A stretch of 44,275 nt of DNA from Welwitschia mirabilis (taxonomy: Eukaryota): the NCBI GenBank assembly GCA_051453625.1, contig JBOZIK010000001.1:28586667-28630941 (forward strand), read 5' to 3'. Of this stretch, positions 26,435-36,754 are shown one piece after another. Every line of letters starts with the position of its first letter. Position 1 is the first letter of the stretch. The notes under the pieces are model-generated. The model saw nothing but the letters and a program-made list of their open reading frames with translations, was not told the DNA's origin and made no database searches. The position numbers were made by a program, and so were the translations under genes.

Positions 26435-27357
26435 CTATTTATTTGGTGGACGAGGCAAGCTCAAATTAGGAATCCTAGGCCTCTGTTGTGGTCGCGACGA
26501 TCCTGCTATTTCTTGTGCACGAGCTGCTGCTTCTCGTTCTGATCCGGAATTCGCTGTATTTTGTGCCCTCTGCGTTAGTGCTCCTTGCAATTCTATTGCA
26601 TAACTTATTTGCCAAAAGCGGATAGTCCTTTGATTGCTTTCTAAAGTCGCAGGCACGTCAGGAGGCTGCGACACTGCAAGTGCACCACCATTCCCTGACG
26701 CGGAAGCTGAACGTATTTGCCAAGATTGGACAGTCCTATGAATGTAACTCCTAGTAGAAGATATCTGCATTGCTACAGGCGCAGGCACACCAAGAGGCTG
26801 AGAGACTGCAAGAAATGGCGGAGGCAGATTCCTAGGCTGAGGCACTGCAAGAGAAATAGCGTCCAGGGATGTCGAATCTTCATCAGTCGTACCTGAAAAT
26901 TGATTTCTAAAACGGTAAATGCAGTTTTATCTTCCAAACATAGCAGTAATTGCAGACTAAAACAAAAGAATAATTAAGTGAATATAATAACGTAAATGGA
27001 AGATGAATACCTCACCCGTTGGACTACCAGACAGTCGAAAACTATATGTATTTTAAATATTATTGAACTTTATTACTTAAACTAACAAATTTAGAAGCTG
27101 CCACTGAATTCAAGTTCTCCGGGGAACGACAAGTTCTAAAAAGATGGCTATTAATGTACAATCTCCTTACTTTCAACAGGCGAGGCCCGATTTCTTCTAT
27201 GGATTCTCATATGGCTTCGTAAGGCCGCACGAAACGGAAACACTCTCTCACAAACTGGACATTCGGAATCAACAGTATCATGAACGCGGATGTGGCCACC
27301 TAAAGCAGTGCCACACGAAAACACTTGATTACAATATGGGCATTTGGAAGGAGCCAT
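26435..27357 (-). CDS. Two-finger C2H2 zinc-finger protein (ZAT/Q-type-like first finger), predicted two exons: 27357-27171 and 26892-26435, 214 aa
   Basis: ATG at 27357 opens MAPSK-CPYC-NQVFSCGTALGG-HIRVH-DTVDSE-CPVC-ERVFPFRAALRS-HMRIH: two C-X2-C-X12-H-X3-H fingers, the first with a QALGGH-like TALGGH. A phase-1 donor (GAAA|gtaagg, 27170) and a phase-1 acceptor (ttttcag|GT, 26893) join it in frame to ORF 26435..26845; 187+458=645 nt with no internal stop. The C-terminus IPNLSLP resembles a degenerate EAR (DLNLP). The region keeps its CpGs, unlike the flanks. The splicing is inferred. Confidence 0.75.
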
Positions 27358-27578
27358 TATCAGTCTTCTGGCTTCCTCGCGGTTGATGTGCCTGATACGA
27401 ATCAGCACAAGAAAAAGATTGAAGTTGGCTATTGCAGTAGCAAAACAAGATTCTCTTCCTAAAACGTTGCAAATCATTAGATGTACAACGGTAAGGGAAA
27501 GGGCTTTCACCTTAAATCCAGAGAACCATCCCTTGCAGCGGTGGAACACCTTTCAAATAGTCTGTATTCTGTAGCTTC

Positions 27579-27587
27579 TTATATATA
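27579..27587 (-). promoter_or_regulatory. Candidate TATA box of the zinc-finger gene
   Basis: Minus strand reads TATATATAA ~220 bp upstream of the ATG. A pyrimidine-rich acceptor (cttttcttgtgctgattcgtatcag|, 27392) suggests a 5'UTR intron in between. Confidence 0.45.
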
Positions 27588-27926
27588 CAGTGGAAACCGG
27601 AAGACGTTTTAACTTTCGTTTCAAGCGTTAGTGAAGAGGGGTGGAATGTGAAATTAACATCAATCGTCCTGTCTTTTGCACTTTGTCGTTTATTTGAATT
27701 TCAAGAAATCTAGAATTCCCTCAAAAATCTTCCATGTTGCTTTCATTTCGGTTGACGTCGTTATTAAAATATCTTAAGTTCTAAAACAGGATGTCGTACT
27801 AATTAGCTACACTCATTTGTTACCCTTAAAATTAACCCTAAAAGTAACTAATATGTAAATGTCTATGCATGGAAGTTGCATTCATTTACATGTGACTCAA
27901 ATTGCATATAAGATGTGATGCACGAA

Positions 27927-29001
27927 TGACCTAGAATGTATTGCTAGTGACTTTATATAAGGAGCCGAGCCTAGTTAGGAGGGGTGGAGTGGTGTAACCC
28001 CCATCTTTATATTTAACCCTTACTGTTATTTCTATAATAAAGGGGTAGAGTGGTGTAACCTCCATCTTTATATTTCAGTANNNNNNNNNNNNNNNNNNNN
28101 NNNNNNNNNNNNNNNNNNNNNNNNNNNNNNNNNNNNNNNNNNNNNNNNNNNNNNNNNNNNNNNNNNNNNNNNNNNNNNNNNNNNNNNNNNNNNNNNNNNN
28201 NNNNNNNNNNNNNNNNNNNNNNNNNNNNNNNNNNNNNNNNNNNNNNNNNNNNNNNNNNNNNNNNNNNNNNNNNNNNNNNNNNNNNNNNNNNNNNNNNNNN
28301 NNNNNNNNNNNNNNNNNNNNNNNNNNNNNNNNNNNNNNNNNNNNNNNNNNNNNNNNNNNNNNNNNNNNNNNNNNNNNNNNNNNNNNNNNNNNNNNNNNNN
28401 NNNNNNNNNNNNNNNNNNNNNNNNNNNNNNNNNNNNNNNNNNNNNNNNNNNNNNNNNNNNNNNNNNNNNNNNNNNNNNNNNNNNNNNNNNNNNNNNNNNN
28501 NNNNNNNNNNNNNNNNNNNNNNNNNNNNNNNNNNNNNNNNNNNNNNNNNACAATAATTTTTTGAAATAGAAGTTATAGATAGTTCTCTCTCCCTTTAAGG
28601 GTTTTCTTTGAATGCTTTTCGCATTGTGTCAGGCGGTATCAGAGCGTAATGGCAATGATTGGAGCAACATTTATTGGGAGTCTTGGAGCAAGAAAACGAT
28701 CACAGATTCCATAATAAAGGATAGAGTGATATAACCCCCATCTTTATATTTAACCCTTACTGTTATTTCCATAATAAAGGGGGTAGAGTGGTGTAACCTC
28801 CATCTTTATATTTCAGTATTCATTATTACTTCCCTATTTTTCTTTAATCTCACATTATTTTGGGCTTTTGGTTAAACGAACTTATGTCCTATTAGTAAAT
28901 ACGTCATGTACTATTGTGAACAATAATTTTTTGAAATAGAAGTTATAGATAGTTCTCTCTCCCTTTAAGGGTTTTCTTTGAATGCTTTTCGCATTGCATC
29001 A
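27927..29001 (+). repeat. 5' LTR region of the CRM-like element, tandemly duplicated (370-bp period) and spanning an N gap
   Basis: 28551-28631 repeats at 28921-29001, and 27997-28080 repeats at ~28734-28818. Each LTR end (..tca) is followed by a PBS. Confidence 0.85.
28634..28645 (+). other. Primer-binding site (tRNA-iMet), copy 1
   Basis: cggtatcagagc, one mismatch to TGGTATCAGAGC, 2 nt after the LTR end. Confidence 0.8.
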
Positions 29002-29003
29002 GG

Positions 29004-29015
29004 TGGCATCAGAGC
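29004..29015 (+). other. Primer-binding site (tRNA-iMet), copy 2
   Basis: tggcatcagagc, one mismatch to TGGTATCAGAGC, 2 nt after the LTR end. Confidence 0.8.
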
Positions 29016-29059
29016 CTAATGGCTACCTGCTATAATGGAGAAATGAAGATTGGGAAGAT

Positions 29060-29370
29060 AACGATTTTAAGTTAAAAATTGATATCCCTTATTTTAATGG
29101 CAGCTTGGGAATAAAAGAGTTCCTGGATTGGATCGCTGACGTAAATAGGTTTTTTGATTATATGAAGACCCCTATTAAAAAGTGAGTTAGGTTGATTGGT
29201 TTTTGACTAAAGGGAGACACTTTGGAATGGTAAAATAGATTGCAGAGAAGAAGAGAGTGTGAATGAAGGGATCGAGTTCATACTTGGCCTCAAATGAGGA
29301 CATTGTTAATTCAGGATTATAACAATACTAGCATTACCAGTAGGGTAATCATTCAATGCATGAGTATAAC
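29060..29370 (+). pseudogene. Gypsy gag, N-terminal part
   Basis: Translates DFKLKIDIPYFNGSLGIKEFLDWIADVNRFFDYMKTPIKK*VRLIGF*LKGDTLEW*NRLQ...GNHSMHEY, typical of CRM/chromovirus gag, with stops. Confidence 0.85.
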
Positions 29371-32300
29371 GCACTGCCAAAACCATTGCGTTTCCTCCTG
29401 AATTGGATACTGCAAAAAACGCTACGTTTCCTGTCAAAAGATTCTCCTAGCGATGCATCATCTCTCAGCTCTTGCCCTCATGCTCTTCCTCACTAATCCC
29501 ATCACGTTCCAGATGTGTGTTAAAACAAACTACCAAAGTAGTCTGCCTCCCTACAAAAAATAACAGCCATGCTCCTGGAAAAAACTGCGCAATAGCTCTT
29601 GCAGATAAATATTCCTTCATCAGTGCCTGCACCACCTTTTACTGCTCCATGTGTAACCCACCACTGCACCACTTTTGTGTCTTCTCTATCGATGTTGCAG
29701 TGCCTGTCTCTTGCCTCATATTTTATCTTCAACTGCTGAAATTTTATTATGCTTTATTCTTTCTTTTCTATTGTACTACATTAAAATGCTTCCTCCCAGG
29801 GTTCTCCTCCTCATTGTGATCTTTGCCTTCACATGCAGTGGTTTCTCCTGCGTGTTGCTCCTTCACCCCTACCTCTGCATGCTCGCCATCTTGATTTGTG
29901 CTACATCGGTCAATGAATTCAATTTACTCCATCCTTTGTGCATTCTACTGTAAATAATTGCTTGTGAGGATATTGTTCTACTATCATAGCAACATTATTT
30001 GTTAATTTACAGTTGTTCTTTGGAGAGTTATATTAAATGGAAGTGTATATGTTTTGAGCAATTTTTTTTAGCCGAGAGGCCATCACAAATGATAATGCAG
30101 GAAAAGGCAGAGGGAATGTGTAATGGAACCATAAATGGAAGAGGAACATACAGAAAGCTTTAATCTTGCACAATAACCATCAAAATCTACCTTAAATCTG
30201 AGTGGCTAGATGATCTCTGCAACTTTCTTTGATTCAACTTCCACAAATCCATGGTGGGATTCCAACATTAGTCAAAACCTAATCGGAGTATGATATACAT
30301 GGAAACCTTAAAAAACCTAGAATTTCTAGAAAGCTATTTTCAACATGGCATGTATGACTATCATAGAAGTTCCAGCTGGCAACAACTTCTAGTAGGGCCC
30401 ACATGGAACGACTTAGTTAACGACTCCCAATTTATTATTTAATGCAGCAGAAGGATTTCAAAGTGATTTTCGTTTCCTTTGATTTTTGGCATTGTTAGAA
30501 TGCTAATGGGTGTAGAGTTTATTTTAATTTTTGTGGTCTATACATTCTCCCCATGAAGTCCCATGAATTAATTCCATTTGCTTAGCATGGTAGTGGGTGG
30601 TAGGCATGGGGTCATTTCACTCACTTTCAGAGTGTGCCTGTCCATGCATGTCTATATATTTTTCAAGAGATGGTGCCACTCAAACCAAAAAACTTATTAT
30701 TCTTGCCCTCCCAGAAATTCTTAGGAAACTTGAGTGATGCCATTTCTTTTATAAGAAGGACCTATATTGTTTCATAATATTAGTATTTTAGTATGCTTGA
30801 TGTCTCAGTTTTTGGATAAATATTGGGTGTTTATCCTAATAGAGAAACTCTTTGTGATAGTGTTTAATTGGTTAGATTCATTGTATGTGCATGTATATCC
30901 ATTTTGCTTTAATCCATAAGTAGTGGTTGCTAATATTTCCATTTTAGACGATTACCATTTGTATGTTTCTTTCATATCTTTATTATTATCATAAGATGTC
31001 TCTTTGAATGAGACTTAAAATTATATTTTATGTTTTAATTTAATGAGTGTATAAGTGTAACTAAGAATGTTAGAGCTTTTTAGTAATTATCATTTTTATT
31101 TATATCCTTTGCATAAATACTTNNNNNNNNNNNNNNNNNNNNNNNNNNNNNNNNNNNNNNNNNNNNNNNNNNNNNNNNNNNNNNNNNNNNNNNNNNNNNN
31201 NNNNNNNNNNNNNNNNNNNNNNNNNNNNNNNNNNNNNNNNNNNNNNNNNNNNNNNNNNNNNNNNNNNNNNNNNNNNNNNNNNNNNNNNNNNNNNNNNNNN
31301 NNNNNNNNNNNNNNNNNNNNNNNNNNNNNNNNNNNNNNNNNNNNNNNNNNNNNNNNNNNNNNNNNNNNNNNNNNNNNNNNNNNNNNNNNNNNNNNNNNNN
31401 NNNNNNNNNNNNNNNNNNNNNNNNNNNNNNNNNNNNNNNNNNNNNNNNNNNNNNNNNNNNNNNNNNNNNNNNNNNNNNNNNNNNNNNNNNNNNNNNNNNN
31501 NNNNNNNNNNNNNNNNNNNNNNNNNNNNNNNNNNNNNNNNNNNNNNNNNNNNNNNNNNNNNNNNNNNNNNNNNNNNNNNNNNNNNNNNNNNNNNNNNNNN
31601 NNNNNNNNNNNNNNNNNNNNNNNNNNNNNNNNNNNNNNNNNNNNNNNNNNNNNNNNNNNNNNNNNNNNNNNNNNNNNNNNNNNNNNNNNNNNNNNNNNNN
31701 NNNNNNNNNNNNNNNNNNNNNNNNNNNNNNNNNNNNNNNNNNNNNNNNNNNNNNNNNNNNNNNNNNNNNNNNNNNNNNNNNNNNNNNNNNNNNNNNNNNN
31801 NNNTTATCAAAATACTTTCTATAGTAGAGCTTTTTAATCCATCCATGGTAACTATCTTTTTAGTTATTAGACTCTTTTGTTTATCTCGTAACATTTGTAA
31901 ATTGACACCATCTTTCGATTCAAATTCACTTAAGTGTGTTAAAATTGCTTGTTAGCTCTAAAATTCCCTTATTACTAAATTTGTGAAATCTTATACTTAT
32001 TTTTAAAATATAAAGTAAAATAGTGTTTGTAATATTGATTCAATTATGAAATCAGGAATTCTTTCACCATGTAATGGTACCCCATGAATATGTTGCTTTG
32101 TAGAGATTAATTTAGAGCATAGAAAAAAAAGAATTAAAAGGTAAGACATGTAACATAATTTAGGTTTAGAAGATTACATACTATAATATGATTAGATGCT
32201 ACCATTAGATGCTATTACTATTGTTGTCAAGACAATTATAAGATTTCTAATTGCCTAGCATTAAACAAGCAAAAGGATTCATAGGAATAAAGATCTTATG

Positions 32301-32488
32301 CTAGGGAAAAAAAATGTTAGTAGCTTTTATCAGTTGATTTCTTTTCTTGAACATCTAATAGGGCATTAAATCCTTTTTAATTCTTTCTTAATTCAAAAGA
32401 GATTGGAGGGTTGAATAAATCCATTACTTTAACTAGGTAAAGCATTAGATGAATGCAAGAGATGGTAAATAGAATAAATTAATCATAT

Positions 32489-32802
32489 CTATTGATGAAT
32501 GTAAGAGATGGTAAAGCTTTAGATGATGATTATGAGTTTCTAATGACGAGATTTGAAATTCCTTCTACATCAAATGGAATGGATGGTTTTCAGTTCATCT
32601 ATTTGCTATCAGTGATATGGTTTTGACACATAACAGAAATTGTTTGCTTCAAATGCAATCATCTATTGCATGATGTGTAGTAGATAGATGGTGTGACTCA
32701 ATTAGATATGATGATGCTGATGGCGAATTAGAAATAGAGCTTCTTATCTATGAAGGAGCTAGGATCATATTGACTATGAACATGTTATTAATCAATGGTT
32801 GA
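32489..32802 (+). pseudogene. PIF1-like (SF1B) helicase fragment
   Basis: LLMNVRDGKALDDDYEFLMTRF..., then after a frameshift SVHLFAISDMVLTHNRNCLLQMQSSIA*CVV...DDADGELEIELLIYEGARIILTMNMLLING. This follows the PIF1 order R.G / LFAT...N / GARVMLT.NL...GL.NG. Confidence 0.7.
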
Positions 32803-32807
32803 TAACC

Positions 32808-33139
32808 ACTAGCTTAGATATTATATATATATATAAGTTGACCAAGNNNNNNNNNNCCTTTTGGATAAGGCTACAAGCATTAAGGTAAATATATTTGATT
32901 AAATGTTAATCATTGACCAAAAGTTAATGCTTATTCTTGGCCAAAATTTTCCTACTATCAGTCAAAATTTTCTTGAAAAATTTTGGTTGAGAATAATCAT
33001 TAACTTTTTGTCAATAGTCAACGTTTAGGAAAATATATTTACCTTAATGCTTGTAGCCTCATCTAAGAGGTAAAAAAATTTGATAAATCTCGGTCAACTT
33101 ATATATATATATGTGTATGTATTATATATCTAAGCTAGT
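32808..33139. repeat. ~330-bp fold-back inverted repeat (arms ~145-165 bp, short loop)
   Basis: actagcttagata pairs with tatctaagctagt; aagttgacc with ggtcaactt; aggctacaagcattaaggtaaatatattt with aaatatatttaccttaatgcttgtagcct; ccaaaatttt with aaaattttgg. Confidence 0.9.
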
Positions 33140-36100
33140 AGAGTTAGAATTTGTGTGCAGATGTTGAAGAGATTATCTGAGGTCAAGAATATGGCGATGA
33201 AGGCAAATATGATGTGGCAGGAGAGGAATAGAAGGGGCTCGGAAAATTTTAGACCTATAAATGTAGTTGAAAAGCCAAAAATGTTACAAGAAATAGTAAG
33301 ATGTGGTGATTATTATGGTAGCAGTAGTAACAACCAGGAAAAGAAGGATGTAGGGAAGCAAGCCATGAGGCGATGCAATGGAGAAGGAGGCATAGACTCA
33401 AAAAGCCATAAATCCTTATGCAAAACCAACATCTAGCAAGTGTTACAGATGTAACCAGTAGGGTCATCAATTGAATGAGTGCCCTCAAAGAAAAACAAAA
33501 AATATGATGACTAGAGAAAATGGGGAGGATGTGTATTGCTGTGAGCCGAATGGAGATAAAGATGGGTTCAAATATAAAGAGATGGAAGAAGTTGCTTACA
33601 TAATGTGAAGGATTATGCTAGCTGCAAAGCCAGATGACCAATCATAAAGCCATCAACTATTTTATACTAGGTGCATCATCTTTGATAAGATATTTATTAT
33701 AGTCATAGACATTGGTAGTATGGAGAATATTATTGGAAGAGAGGTAGTAAAAAAGTTGGGGATTTCAATACAAAAACACCCAAATCCTTACACCTTGGGT
33801 TGGATCAAATCTGGAGTGGATGGCATTGAGGTAAACAAATGCTATAAAATTCCTTTTTTAATTAGTAAATATAAAGATGAAGTATATTGTAATATTGTAA
33901 ATATAGATGTATATCATTTGCCATTTGGAAGTTCATGGCAATTTGATATGAATGGTCAGCATTCAGGAATGAGTAATCAGTATAGCCTGGAGAAGGATAA
34001 AGTAAAATACACCTTACTATCATTAAAGAATAAGGTTAAGCAAACTATAGAAAAGAGTTTACTCACTCTTACTAAGGAATTTTAAGATAAGCTTAAGGAG
34101 ACAAGGCAAGTTCATGTACTGATAGTAAAGCAGGAATGTGAGATAGAGGCCGAGTTGCAAGTGGAGGAGCAACCTGAGGCTGTTAGGCCTTTGATGATGG
34201 AGTTCTGCGATTTGATGCTAGAGGATATTCCAGATGGGCTACCACCCATGAGAGATGTTTAATACCATATTAACTTATTTTTTGGAGTTAGTTTGCCTAA
34301 TTTGCCATATTATAAGATGAACCTAAGGGAGAGTGAGATCCTTAAGAAGAAGGTGGAGGAACCATTATGGAAGGAGCCAATCCAAGAGAGCATAAGCCCC
34401 TATGCTATCCCTATCTTGTTAACTTCAAAGAAGGATGGTAGCTAGAGAATGTATGTAGAAAGCAGGATCATTAATAAGATTATAGTGAGGTACAAGTTTT
34501 CAATTCCTATATTAAATGACATGCTAGATAGATTGCATGGAGCTAGGTGGTTTTTGAAGCTGGATTTGAAGAATAGTTATCACCAAATTTAAATCAGGTA
34601 TAGGGATAAGTGGAAGATAGCTTTTCAAGATAAAGGATGGGTTGTATAAGTAATTGATAATGCCTTTTGAATTCTCAAATACTTTTAGTACCTTTATGTG
34701 ACTTATGAATTAGGTATTGAAACCTTACATTGAAAATTTTATTGTAGTTTACTGATTTACAACCAGACTGAGGATGAGCACTTATTACATTTGAGGGAGA
34801 TACTGACAGTTTTGCAGAAGAATAAACTATATGTAAGCTTTAAGAAGTGCAATTTCCTTAATAAGGAACTACTATTCTTAGGGTTTATTATCAATGCTAA
34901 TGGCATTAGAGTAAATAAAGATAAGATAAAATAATCAGGGAAGGGTATACTTCTAAAACTATCTTAGAATTTTAAAGCTTTCATGGGTTGGCTACTTTCT
35001 ATCGGTGCTTCATCAAGAATTTTAGCATCATTGTAGTATCAATCACAAAGTGCTTGAAGAAAGGCAGATTCCATTAGGAAGAAGAAGCTGAAAATTACTA
35101 AAAAAAAAGGTATGTACTACTCTGGCCCTAGGATTATCTAATTTTGATAAACTATTTGAAGTTGACTGTGATGCTAGTGAAATGGGAATAGGGGCTATTC
35201 TATCCAAAGAGCACAGGCCAATTTTCCACTTTAATAAAAATCTTGGTGATGCTAGGCAAAAGTGGAGTACCTATGATAAGGAGTTTTATTCAATTATGCA
35301 GGCTTTAAAGACATGGAAGCACTATTTAATTGATAAGGAATTTATGTTGTACTTAGACCATGAGGTGCTAAAGTACTTAAATAGTCATAAGCGAATCAGC
35401 ATGGATATGCATGCCCAATGGTGCCAATTTTTACCAAAAAAATTTTCAAGCTACATCATAAATCAGGAGTACATAATGCAATGGCAGATGTATTAAGTCA
35501 GAGAGCATGCTTATTGATTACCTTAAAGTAGGAGATAGTTGGATTTGAATAGTTACAGGACTATTATGCGGGAGATGAAGACTTTAAACAAATTTGGAGA
35601 GTTATTCGAACGGGCAGCTTGTGTAGGACTTTCATGTACAAGATGGATATTTAATGTAAGACAATATACTTTGCCTTCTTTGGACCTTACTACTAGAGAA
35701 GGTAATCCAGAACTTACATGTCGGTGGGTTGATTATGACACGACATAACCATATTTGTGCAAAAGTATTGTATTTGTTAGACTACTAAAGGACAATATAT
35801 GAGGACTTATTAATGAATTTTGTACTTGACCTACCTTAAACACAGAGGAGATCAGATTCTATGTTTGTTGTTGTTAATAGGTTTTCGAAGATGGCATATT
35901 TTGTTCCCTGTAGAAAGACCTCAGATGCTATTAGCATGGCTAGACTATTTTTCAAGGAAATAATTCATGTACATGGTGTTCTAAAAATAATTACTTCAGA
36001 CTAGAACAATAAATTCCTAAGTTACTTTTGGTAACTCCTATGAAAACTATTTTACTCAACCTTGAACTTTAGTAGCATAGCTCACCCACAATCTGATGGT

Positions 36101-36754
36101 TAAACAGAAGCAGTTAATCACACCTTGGACAACCTAATTCATAGTATATATGGAGAAAAGCCAAAGCAGTGGGATTTGGCTTTGTCTCCAGTAGAGTTTG
36201 CTTATAACAATGTTGTCCATAGTGCTATCAAGAGATCCACTTTTTCTATGGTCTACATCAAGGAACCACAACATACCCTAGATCTGGTTAAGTTATTAAA
36301 GGAAATAGAGAAGAGTGTAATAGCGATACATATGGCTAACCAGATAGTGGAGGTTTATAAGGAAGTTAAGCAGAGATTAGAGAAGGCTAATAAAAGGTAT
36401 AAGATAGATGTTGACAAGCATAGGAGGAAACATACTTTTGTAGTGGGTGAGTCTATCATGGTGTTTCTTCGGTGGGAGCAATTTCCAGTTAGTACATATG
36501 TCAAATTGCAACTGAAGAAATATGGACCATTACAATCAACAAGAAGATCAATGATAATTCTTATGTTGTTAACCTTCCAACAAGCATGGGGATTTCTAAT
36601 ACCTTCAACATACCTATTTTATCACCATTTCACACATCAATAAGCCAATGTACCTTGATCTTAACTCCAACTCAAGGATGCGTTTTATTCAAGTGGAGGA
36701 AACTGATGTGGAACATATTGCTAGTAAATTCATGGATGGGGTTGAGCCTAGTTA
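33140..36754 (+). pseudogene. Gypsy gag C-terminus and pol (zinc knuckle, protease, RT, RNase H, integrase)
   Basis: KCYRCNQ*GHQLNECP (~33440); IVIDIGSMENII (protease); SPYAIPILLTSKKDGS*RMYV and KLDLKNSYHQI (RT); FEVDCDASEMGIGAILS (RH); [27 protein letters not shown] and WDLALSPVEFAYN (INT); KKYGP. Many stops and frameshifts. Accounts for track ORFs 33155, 33720, 35182 and 36125. Confidence 0.93.

Larger units (their letters stand above)
29371..33139 (+). mobile_element. Nested ~3.8 kb insertion in gag, probably Helitron-like (rolling-circle) and possibly composite
   Basis: Gag homology stops at ~29370 and resumes at ~33140. The insert contains a PIF1-like fragment and ends in CTAG-T. Two ~24-bp imperfect repeats (actgc.aaaa.c..t.cgtttcct) lie at its left end. 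No TSD seen; an N gap lies inside. Confidence 0.55.

Noticed and set aside
27011-27041. Possible micro-exon (ag|TTTTCG...CGG|gtgag or ...GAG|gtattc) in the zinc-finger intron
   Set aside because: 26 or 31 nt; either would shift the frame between the phase-1 sites. Not modelled without RNA data.
27358-27549. N-terminal extension of track ORF 27151..27549
   Set aside because: Non-ATG start and intron-like sequence with an acceptor site; the ATG at 27357 is more plausible.
26246-27574. Plus-strand ORFs overlapping the zinc-finger gene
   Set aside because: Antisense shadows of GC-richer coding sequence with no recognisable domains.
27970-28818. Spaced ~55-bp repeats superficially like a CRISPR array
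   Set aside because: They are LTR sub-repeats in eukaryotic DNA; intervening sequences are homologous and there are no cas genes.
28068-31894. Long track ORFs made of X (also 6213-6417 and 7815-8015)
   Set aside because: Artefacts of translating N gaps.
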